A stretch of DNA of 47,029 nucleotides, from assembly GCA_030631995.1 (NCBI GenBank), contig DAOVKB010000002.1, forward strand, positions 1-47,029. The letters run 5' to 3'. The translations under genes and the position numbers were made by a program. Under the pieces are notes generated by a model. The model had not been told where the DNA came from. It searched no databases and worked only from the letters and a program-made list of their open reading frames with translations. Numbering within the stretch: position 1 is the stretch's first letter; each line of letters opens with the position of its first letter. The stretch comes from an archaeon. Its GTDB lineage: Archaea > Asgardarchaeota > Heimdallarchaeia > Heimdallarchaeales > Heimdallarchaeaceae. Positions 36,253 to 44,286 of the stretch are shown in pieces.

Positions 36253-37161
36253 ATGCCATCTATCATCGAAGCTGTTTATTTATGGGATTCTCAAAAAACA
36301 AGAATGCGAAAAAGAAATCAGGATTTCGCTAATGTAATTGCAACCTTTATGATATTCTTTTATTTCTTATTGTTCATTTTTGGTTTATCAGGAGGAGTAT
36401 ATCCTCTCTTAAGAGAATACGATTTAACTTTTCTAGGATATAGGAGTGGTATTGTTAATTTCCTAGGTTTTATTGCAAATCGATGGTGGTTTATTTTCTT
36501 AATCTTCCTATTCTCTCTACTGGTCATTATCCCACTAACATTTCTATTAACAAGAACTAGAATAGGTTCGTTTAGAACTTTTATTGAGTATTTGAAATTA
36601 GATTTCAAAGGATTTACTAAGTTTGAGAACTCAAAGCAAGTATTTTTTGATATTTTAAAAATAGCAGGATTTTCAATAATATCATTTGCAATTGCAGAAA
36701 TTATTACAGCTGGAATTTGTTCAATTATTTTCGTTTTGATTATTTCTTTCATTCTAAGTGGTCTGCAGCAATCATTAGGCATTCTATATACTGTGTTTCT
36801 AATTACCCATATCATTATTTTCCCATCAATTGTAGCAATCTACCAATATTATCTAAGAAAACGTATGACACATATTTCTGATGTTGATTTCAAAGAATTT
36901 CTTAGAGAAGATGGAGAGGTTGATTTAGAAAAATGGAGAGCAAGAACTTGGGGTAAAAAACCATATACATACGACTGGTCTGAAGACGAGTATTTCCCTA
37001 TCACTTGTTTCTCTTGTGGTTCTTTAATTTCTAGCAATCTTATAGAATGTCCAATTTGTAAAGCAGATCTTGAAAAGGAAATCAAAGCGATAGATGCAGA
37101 GTATGAGATTGTAGACGATTCTGAAGATTTAGAAGAAGAAGAAGAAAAATCAACATCATAA
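36253..37161 (+). CDS. polytopic membrane protein with C-terminal zinc ribbon and acidic tail
   Basis: About 5-6 TM helices, then CFSC-x12-CPIC, then DDSEDLEEEEEKS. Confidence 0.5.
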   Translation: MPSIIEAVYLWDSQKTRMRKRNQDFANVIATFMIFFYFLLFIFGLSGGVYPLLREYDLTFLGYRSGIVNFLGFIANRWWFIFLIFLFSLLVIIPLTFLLTRTRIGSFRTFIEYLKLDFKGFTKFENSKQVFFDILKIAGFSIISFAIAEIITAGICSIIFVLIISFILSGLQQSLGILYTVFLITHIIIFPSIVAIYQYYLRKRMTHISDVDFKEFLREDGEVDLEKWRARTWGKKPYTYDWSEDEYFPITCFSCGSLISSNLIECPICKADLEKEIKAIDAEYEIVDDSEDLEEEEEKSTS

Positions 37162-37202
37162 TTGGAAAACCAGTACTGGTGAGAAGTATTAGTTCAATTA
37201 TT

Positions 37203-37508
37203 TTAAAATCCAAATCTAGCGAATATAATAGTAAATATTATTATCCCTAAGATTACTACAAGCAGAAAACTTGTAATTAGCATATTTCTGATTTTAGCTT
37301 TTCTTAGACAACTTGGACAATAAGTCATTTCCTGTTGTGTCTGTTTCTGAGGAGAGAACATAGCTGAAATAGCATTAGTATGCCAGTATTTCTTAGCGCA
37401 ATCATGACATATGTTATTTCCGCAATTCTCGCATTCCTTGAAAGATTCCTTTGTTGTGTGAATATAGCAGTATTTAGTCATATTTACCACAAATGGTGCC
37501 TCAGCCAA
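37203..37508 (-). CDS. tail-anchored B-box-like zinc-finger protein
   Basis: C-x2-H-x8-C-x2-C-x4-C-x2-C-x5-H (CYIHTTKESFKECENCGNNICHDCAKKYWH), plus CPSC and a C-terminal TM LITSFLLVVILGIIIFTIIFA. Confidence 0.45.
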   Translation of the reverse strand: MAEAPFVVNMTKYCYIHTTKESFKECENCGNNICHDCAKKYWHTNAISAMFSPQKQTQQEMTYCPSCLRKAKIRNMLITSFLLVVILGIIIFTIIFARFGF

Positions 37509-37586
37509 AAGTCGATCATCAGCATTCAGATCGTTGCAACTACATCATTGGCTGTTAGTAATTATTGTTACAATTTTAAAGAATTG

Positions 37587-38480
37587 CTATTCATATGCAA
37601 TTAAGGAAGTGATTCTTTCCACAACCAACTGTCTTATTCTTCCAATAGGTTTCTTTCCTCTTTCAGATAGCACTAGATTGAGCTTTCGTATTTTAGCTTC
37701 GTTTACTAGATGATCATGTATTTTCCTAATTTGCTCAAAATGGTTTAGCAATTCTTCTTTTTCTTTTGTATATTGAGCACTTAGATTTTCTTTATGCAAT
37801 GATTCATCTGGAGTTGCAATTGTAATATAGAGCACATTAGGTTTTTTCAGTATAGTATCTTCATAAAAGGCTGGTAAAAGATGCTCACCCTCAACTACAA
37901 TTGATACAGATTCAGTTTCAGCTCTTGATAAGACAGCTTCAACGCCTATATTAACAAATTTTGAATGATTTTCGAAACCTAATATAACTTCCTCGAATCT
38001 ACTACTATATATTGGTCTTAAAGTCTGGAAAGCTTTGTAGGAAGTAGAATGAAGTTCAGGCATTATATCAGCGGAAAGGACTTTTTGAAGAATATTTCGA
38101 ACAACATCAGTTCCTATTACATGTTGAATACCTAAATCTCCTGCTATCTGCCTCGAGATAGTACTTTTTCCAACCCCTATTGCACCAGAGATGAAGATCC
38201 ACAATGGAATTTCTGAATCTCGCCAGTTTTCTATTTTCTTATATTGTCCAGCAAGTCTTTTTGTGTAATTCTGATTCAAGAGATTACTTACAATTTCATC
38301 TAATTGTTTTTTAGTAATTTCGTTCTTTTTTAATTTTAATAATTCATTATGAACCTGTATTGAAAATTCGTAACCATCAGAGAGACTAAAACCTACTAAT
38401 TCCAATTTCTTTGCTAATAAACCTCTAGAAAAAAGCTGATCAGGTTTTCCTTTGATTTGTATTTGAGGTTCAGTACTCAT
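37587..38480 (-). CDS. 2-phosphoglycerate kinase-like protein (ATP-cone + P-loop kinase), paralogue A
   Basis: N-terminal ATP-cone-like segment (FSRGLLAKKLELVGFSLSDGYEFSIQVHNEL). P-loop GAIGVGKSTISRQIAGDLGIQHVIGTDVVRNIL, typical of COG2074. Confidence 0.65.
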   Translation of the reverse strand: MSTEPQIQIKGKPDQLFSRGLLAKKLELVGFSLSDGYEFSIQVHNELLKLKKNEITKKQLDEIVSNLLNQNYTKRLAGQYKKIENWRDSEIPLWIFISGAIGVGKSTISRQIAGDLGIQHVIGTDVVRNILQKVLSADIMPELHSTSYKAFQTLRPIYSSRFEEVILGFENHSKFVNIGVEAVLSRAETESVSIVVEGEHLLPAFYEDTILKKPNVLYITIATPDESLHKENLSAQYTKEKEELLNHFEQIRKIHDHLVNEAKIRKLNLVLSERGKKPIGRIRQLVVERITSLIAYE

Positions 38481-38623
38481 CTGTTAATCACATTAAATAT
38501 ATTAGTTATACCACCATTAAGAATTTTTGCGTTTAATGAAGAATAGATATATCATATAAATCAGACACTTTACTTCGTTTATCTTCATAATTGCTTATAC
38601 ATTCTCAAAAGTTACATTTTTAG

Positions 38624-39577
38624 ATGAGTTATACTATCTTATTTTTAATGAGCAGCAATGTTTCCACTGGTTTTTTGAAGATTCGGAGAGGAAAAGATAA
38701 AATTGAATATTTCTCTAAAGGAATACTTTCTTCTTCATTATATTCAATTGGAATGAATGCTAATGAAGCAATGGAAATTGCTAATCACGTAGAACAAACT
38801 ATGGGAGAATTAGAGGGACCTGTTTCACGAAAAAAGCTCATTAAAACAATTACTGATGAAATCGAGAAGATTGACAAACGATTAGCAGAGAGATACAAAA
38901 TCCATGAAGGAGAGAGAAATTATAAACCAATCATAATACTACTTGCAGGAGTTCCAGGGATAGGTAAAAGCACAATATCGTCTCGTCTTTCTCAAAGATT
39001 GGAAATATCAAGTATTATTGGAACAGATATGATCAGAGAGATTCTTCGCCAGACAATTTCTCCAAAACTAGTTCCTGAATTGCATTGTAGTAGCTATGAT
39101 GCTCATAAATATCTCAAATCAAAATTAAATCCGATTTTGAGGCAGTCAATAGTAGGTTACGAAGAACAGTGTAGACACATAATAGTAGGTGTAGAGGCAG
39201 CTATTCAATCAGCCCTATACTCAAGAGAAAGTACAATAATAGAGGGGGTGCATTTAGCACCAAATATTCTTCAAACCTCAATTCTTGAAGAACAACACAT
39301 TTTGATATTCCTTCTTTATCTAGAAGATGAAGAAGAACATTCAATAAGAATTCAAGCTAGAGGTTCATCAATAGAAAAACGAAGTGCGGATAGATATATT
39401 TCGGCATTTTCTGAGATTAGAAACATACAAACATACCTTGTGGAGGAAGCTACAAAATTAGGTTTACATATGATAGAAACTTCCAGTAGCAGTAAAGCAA
39501 TAAGTAAAATGATGGATCTAGTCTGGGATAGAATCATCGAACTCGAAAAATCGGAAAAAGGGAAAGAGAAAAACTAG
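38624..39577 (+). CDS. 2-phosphoglycerate kinase-like protein, paralogue B
   Basis: Same architecture as paralogue A: FSKGILSSSLYSIGMNANEAMEIANHV, then GVPGIGKSTISSRLSQRLEISSIIGTDMIREILRQ, then EGVHLAP. Confidence 0.65.
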   Translation: MSYTILFLMSSNVSTGFLKIRRGKDKIEYFSKGILSSSLYSIGMNANEAMEIANHVEQTMGELEGPVSRKKLIKTITDEIEKIDKRLAERYKIHEGERNYKPIIILLAGVPGIGKSTISSRLSQRLEISSIIGTDMIREILRQTISPKLVPELHCSSYDAHKYLKSKLNPILRQSIVGYEEQCRHIIVGVEAAIQSALYSRESTIIEGVHLAPNILQTSILEEQHILIFLLYLEDEEEHSIRIQARGSSIEKRSADRYISAFSEIRNIQTYLVEEATKLGLHMIETSSSSKAISKMMDLVWDRIIELEKSEKGKEKN

Positions 39578-39593
39578 TTCTTTCAATATACAA

Positions 39594-41288
39594 CTAGTAA
39601 GTCTTCTTTATCTTACATTTAAGAGTTGGAATGCTAGGTAATTCTACTTCAAAACAAACTACAGGAACCCAAATTTGATTCTTCTCAAGTATAAGTGGGT
39701 TAATCTCTCCTATGATTCCGCATTGGATGTCATTGATACTTATTATTCCACAGCGACCATCTGTAAAGGAGGGGTGAGTTATATTTTCAATCTTATATTC
39801 AGTGTTTAGCAGTTTCATAAGATGATGAAGTCTTTTATGTGCATCTTCAAAACTAGCATCTGCATCTGCAATACAAAAGGCAGCATTAGTTTGAGTCCAA
39901 ACATCATTCTTATCCATTTTAACTACTTCACCAACCTCAAAAATAATTTGAGGATAGGGTTCGTGAGTATTTTTTGAAACTACATTTATCAGATTAGGAA
40001 ATATCTGATTTCTAAGAACACTGTATGTTTGACTGACTGGATTTTCAATAATCACTAGTTCTTGCTTATCGAGGTTAACATTAGTAGTCAGAATATTTGG
40101 ATCAGTAAGTATATTAGTAACCAATTCGATGCCAGAAGCTCCTACTAAAATTTCTCGTACAAGATTTTCGCTTTCAGTTTCTGGAAGGAGACCTCCAGTT
40201 GTTAATACTTTCCATTTTGTTGGACCTATTTTGTTATAATCTAACGCTATTGCAATCTCTTCTGCTATGTCCACCCAGTGTAGTATATCTTTTCGATAAG
40301 GGGGAATCAATACTTCAATCTTATTATCTTCTAATTCCTTACACTCGAATCTTCTTTTCTGCATTAGTTCTTTTGCTTTTGCAGCATCAATTTTTACATC
40401 TAGATATTTTTCAATTATATCCAGTTCTACGGTAATGCTTTCAAGTTCTAGTATAGGAGTAATAACTTGTTCTTTATGAATTTCAGGTGGATATTCGATA
40501 ACAACACTATAGATATCTGCTCCATGGTCAGCCATTGTTTGACATAGAATATTAAGGACTACATTAACTGTCTCGAAATTGGTACCAGTAACTTCGATTA
40601 AACATTCAGTTGTATCTTCAGTAATTCTTCCAACATCATTGCTGTTAATTACTGGAGGTAATGATAGTGTCATTCCATCTGCGGACAGTAAGATAGGATA
40701 AATACCATAATCTTTGACTATTTGACCGAATTCCAATCCTTTTTCATGCTCATCAAGTATCTTATCCAAAGTCATTTCTTTTTCATACCCAAGAGGAATG
40801 AATTTATGAGTTTTTTGAGCAGTTTCATAAAGTACTGGATTTTGAATCATTGAAAGATTATACATTCCAATAGATGACCGTTTTCTCTTTCTGCCATAAG
40901 AATTATCTATTTTCTCCGAATGTTGCATTAGCTGCTTAATATGGAAATCATCTAAATTGATTTTCTTTGCTATTGCACAAGCAATATATGGTCGAGATGA
41001 AGCTAAAGCTGAATCCACTTTAACACCGAAACCACTTTCTTTCACTTCATAAGAAGGAATGCCTTTTTCCATATCTAGAATTCCTTTTATTTCTCTAATC
41101 ATTCCTTCAACACACCAAAGATCAGGACGATTACTCGTCTTAATATCGAGGACAAGCATGTCTTCCTCTTTGACGTAATCATCAATCTCTGTTTTTGCAA
41201 ATGATAGCAGCTCTTCAAATTCTTCCATCGATAATTCTTTCCCTAGGAATTCCAGCATTTTTGTATAACTTGCTTTTATAGATACCAT
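39594..41288 (-). CDS. pheT: phenylalanine--tRNA ligase beta subunit (archaeal type)
   Basis: 564 aa. B3/4-domain motif TSNRPDLWCVEGMIREI. Lies 9 nt downstream of pheS on the same strand. Confidence 0.85.
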   Translation of the reverse strand: MVSIKASYTKMLEFLGKELSMEEFEELLSFAKTEIDDYVKEEDMLVLDIKTSNRPDLWCVEGMIREIKGILDMEKGIPSYEVKESGFGVKVDSALASSRPYIACAIAKKINLDDFHIKQLMQHSEKIDNSYGRKRKRSSIGMYNLSMIQNPVLYETAQKTHKFIPLGYEKEMTLDKILDEHEKGLEFGQIVKDYGIYPILLSADGMTLSLPPVINSNDVGRITEDTTECLIEVTGTNFETVNVVLNILCQTMADHGADIYSVVIEYPPEIHKEQVITPILELESITVELDIIEKYLDVKIDAAKAKELMQKRRFECKELEDNKIEVLIPPYRKDILHWVDIAEEIAIALDYNKIGPTKWKVLTTGGLLPETESENLVREILVGASGIELVTNILTDPNILTTNVNLDKQELVIIENPVSQTYSVLRNQIFPNLINVVSKNTHEPYPQIIFEVGEVVKMDKNDVWTQTNAAFCIADADASFEDAHKRLHHLMKLLNTEYKIENITHPSFTDGRCGIISINDIQCGIIGEINPLILEKNQIWVPVVCFEVELPSIPTLKCKIKKTY

Positions 41289-41297
41289 TTTATCACC

Positions 41298-42788
41298 TCA
41301 CAACATCCTAGCTGATCGCAGCCAATCGAGTTTATAGCTATAAAGTTCTCTAATGTCAGTTATTCCATATTTAACCATAAACAGTCTGTCTACACCTAAG
41401 CCCCAAGCAATTACTGGTTCATCTATACCAAATGGTCTTGTTACCTCAGGTCGGAATATTCCTGCCCCACCATATTCAATGTGTCCTATTTTAGGATCTT
41501 TTACACTTAATTCCACTGATGGTTCTGTGAATGGATAATAATCAGGCTTGAATGTATAATTCGGCGCTTCTGATATTTCAATTGCGAAAGTTTCGAGAAT
41601 ACCCAATAAATCACGAAAAGTAATAGACGGATCACAAACAATTCCCTCAGCTTGATTAAATTCTGATAGATGTGTAACATCTGTTGTATCAGGTCTAAAG
41701 CATCGAGATATACTGAAATACTTTGAAGGAATCGGTAAATCTACAAGAGTTCTTGCACTCACAGAAGTTCCTTGAGCTCTGAGAACTAGACGAGCACTCT
41801 TCATTGGATCCCACTTGTATCTCCAACCTTTACTTCCAGTATCATAACCATCTTCATGAGCTTTCTGAACCAGCTTAACATGACCTTCTTTTGGTAATTT
41901 TCCTTTACTAGGTCGAGCAATTCTATACACATCTGACCATTCTCTTGCTGGATGATCTTGAGCCTGAAACAGAGCATCAAAATTCCAATATTCAAGCTCT
42001 ACAATAGGACCTCGCATTTCTTGAAATCCAAATGCAACTAATTTCTGTTTAACTTCATCCAAAAATCTTGCATAGGGTTGTTTCCTACCTGTAAAGAATT
42101 CAGGAGGGGAAACATCTAGATTGTATTCTCGCAATTTTGTTTTTCTCCAGGTTCCATTTCTAATCATTTCTGGAGTTAATCTACTGATATCAGATGTTTC
42201 AACTATGTTCTTTTTCATTTCTTCAAACTTGACTATTGTTTTAATGATTATTTTTTTCTCATCTTCAATTGTTATTAAATTTCTTTGAAGCAATGCTTTT
42301 TCATAATTCTGAATATCCACTTTGTTTCCTTTGGATAATTCAACTAAGATATCCTGTATGTCCTTGCTAACCTCTAATTCTGTTTGAGATAAAGAGATCT
42401 GTCCTTGAACAATGTCAATCAATCCCTGCTTTTTCAGATAACCAATCCCAGCGTTCAATTCTCTATTATCACAATCTAATAAGTTTGAAAGCTCAGATGA
42501 ATTAATTGGTTGATTTTCTTTTAAAACAGATAGGATTCTGCGTTCTACTAATTGATTTACAGCAGCTATTTCACCTGCTTCAGTTAAGAGAACTTTTTTC
42601 TTAACCTCTATAATCCTTTCAACAAGATTATTTGAAGTTAGAGCTCCAAGTAGATATTCAAGTTTCCCATGGTCTAGCTTAGTTACATTCTTCAATTCAT
42701 CAATTGATATTTCGTCTTTTAAGCTAATTTCTTTATAGAGTTTTACTACTTCTGGTGTTAACGAAATTTTCTTCTTTACACTACTCAT
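41298..42788 (-). CDS. pheS: phenylalanine--tRNA ligase alpha subunit
   Basis: N-terminal WH repeats. Class II motif 2 FRPDTTDVTHLSEFNQAEG, and motif 3 region GAGIFRPEV..AWGLGVDRL. Confidence 0.9.
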   Translation of the reverse strand: MSSVKKKISLTPEVVKLYKEISLKDEISIDELKNVTKLDHGKLEYLLGALTSNNLVERIIEVKKKVLLTEAGEIAAVNQLVERRILSVLKENQPINSSELSNLLDCDNRELNAGIGYLKKQGLIDIVQGQISLSQTELEVSKDIQDILVELSKGNKVDIQNYEKALLQRNLITIEDEKKIIIKTIVKFEEMKKNIVETSDISRLTPEMIRNGTWRKTKLREYNLDVSPPEFFTGRKQPYARFLDEVKQKLVAFGFQEMRGPIVELEYWNFDALFQAQDHPAREWSDVYRIARPSKGKLPKEGHVKLVQKAHEDGYDTGSKGWRYKWDPMKSARLVLRAQGTSVSARTLVDLPIPSKYFSISRCFRPDTTDVTHLSEFNQAEGIVCDPSITFRDLLGILETFAIEISEAPNYTFKPDYYPFTEPSVELSVKDPKIGHIEYGGAGIFRPEVTRPFGIDEPVIAWGLGVDRLFMVKYGITDIRELYSYKLDWLRSARML

Positions 42789-42975
42789 TGTCTAACACTC
42801 CTAAAATATTGATATAAAAAACTAATTACCTTTAAGTTGTTGTAGTCGGGCACTTTAGAAAGAGTTAATGAAATTCCAAGTCACGATACGCCCCAATTTT
42901 ACGGTATTAGAAAGTATTTTGTAACTTATTTAAAACTTTCGAGAACAAATAAATCTAAAAATGCGGTAATCAACC

Positions 42976-43455
42976 TTAAAATTCCTTTTCTAGGTCGTAT
43001 GCACTAATGTTTTCTTCGAAATCTTCGTCTTCTAATTCCTCATCTTCGATTTCTTCTTGATATTTGTCTAGGACTTCATCCACATCCATTAATGAATCAA
43101 GATCATCGCTATCTCCTATTTCCATTTCAAGAAGCCAACCCTCTTTATATGGACTTTCATTAAGAAGCTCAGGTGATTGTCTTAATTCTTCATTAATTTC
43201 ATCTATAGTACCACTAATAGGAGCTGTGATGACGAATGTTTCTTCAATGGAGTCTATTGATATAATCTCTTCATCCTTTTCTATATAGATTCCCTTCTCA
43301 GGAAGAGTTATGGAGATAATATCATCAAGTGAGAATTGAGCATAGTCAGTAATTCCCATACGAATGACACCTCTACCCATTTCCTCTAGCCAAACGTATG
43401 TAGAATGGTAAAGGCATTTTTCAGGAAATCTAAATTGTTTTTTCATATTAGTCAA
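42976..43455 (-). CDS. glycine-cleavage H-protein-like protein lacking the lipoyl-lysine, with acidic C-terminal extension
   Basis: GITDYAQFSLDDI...DSIEETFVITAPISGTIDEINEEL..SPELLNESPYKEGWL aligns to the GcvH core (ESVKAASD.YAPVSGE...PELVN..PY..GW). The Lys position is Glu71 (nt 43243-43245). The tail is EEIEDEELEDEDFEE. Confidence 0.7.
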   Translation of the reverse strand: MTNMKKQFRFPEKCLYHSTYVWLEEMGRGVIRMGITDYAQFSLDDIISITLPEKGIYIEKDEEIISIDSIEETFVITAPISGTIDEINEELRQSPELLNESPYKEGWLLEMEIGDSDDLDSLMDVDEVLDKYQEEIEDEELEDEDFEENISAYDLEKEF

Positions 43456-43518
43456 TTCATCCTTTCTAATATCTTTTTGAAGTTTTCCTTCTTAATCTTT
43501 TTCTTTTTCTGTTACCAA

Positions 43519-44244
43519 TTAAACTGAAAAGACCTTAGATAATAGATTAGGAATTTCAGATATACTAGATATGATCAAATCTGGATTTGTACTTTCTATA
43601 TATGATTGACTTATTTCAGCAAATTCACTTAGTACCCCTATAGTTTTTGTTCCAGCGTTTTTACCTGCTTGTATATCACTCATGAAATCACCAACTACTA
43701 CAGAATTTTCATTTTGAATGTTAAGTTTTTCAAGGGCAATGAGAATTTGTTCAGGGGATGGTTTTGTATGACGAACATCATTTCTTGTAACTATGCAATC
43801 AAACGTGTCATATATTGAAGGATATTCTTTTTTTACTCTTCTGAGAGTATGTTTTGAAGCAGAAGTAATCAATGCTAAATTAATGTCCATCTCTCTTAAT
43901 TGTTGCAAAGTCTCAAATGTTCCTTCAAATGGAACAATTGGCCATTTCTCTTTTGAAAGGATTGAAAAGAACAATCTCACTATTACTCGAAATGTTTGAA
44001 ATTTTGAGAGACCTCCAATTTTGCATATCTCCAAAATACCCTTAAACATGATATTTGCACTTCTTCCACCATGGATAAGTAGAAGAGAGGGAGCATGTTG
44101 AGCAATTTTGCTTTTATCAAAATTAGGATTGATTTTCTCAATAACTTGCTCTACAGGGTCAATCCATCTAGCTTTAAGACTGATAAGTACACCATCCATA
44201 TCGAATAGAATACAATAATTCTTCCAACTAGACGTATCTTCCAT
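43519..44244 (-). CDS. HAD-superfamily hydrolase (phosphatase, PGP/beta-PGM-like subfamily IA)
   Basis: Motif I LFDMDGVLI, motif II LITSASK, motif III K (HTKPSP), motif IV VGDFMSDIQAGKNAG. Confidence 0.8.
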   Translation of the reverse strand: MEDTSSWKNYCILFDMDGVLISLKARWIDPVEQVIEKINPNFDKSKIAQHAPSLLLIHGGRSANIMFKGILEICKIGGLSKFQTFRVIVRLFFSILSKEKWPIVPFEGTFETLQQLREMDINLALITSASKHTLRRVKKEYPSIYDTFDCIVTRNDVRHTKPSPEQILIALEKLNIQNENSVVVGDFMSDIQAGKNAGTKTIGVLSEFAEISQSYIESTNPDLIISSISEIPNLLSKVFSV

Positions 44245-44286
44245 AACAAAAAAATGAGAAAATAGAGGTTTTTAAACTAACTGATT

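Noticed and set aside
36360-37085. Minus-strand ORFs 36360..36815 (151 aa) and 36849..37085 (78 aa)
   Set aside because: They lie inside the 302-aa membrane/zinc-ribbon gene, whose hydrophobic periodicity and C-terminal CxxC..CxxC ribbon make the plus frame the credible one.
42789-42975. 187-nt gap upstream of pheS examined for a tRNA, a C/D-box sRNA or a small ORF
   Set aside because: There are no GC-rich stem-forming segments, and no RUGAUGA/CUGA box pairs on either strand. Only an 18-codon ORF is present. The gap is most simply the pheST promoter plus the terminator of the GcvH-like gene.
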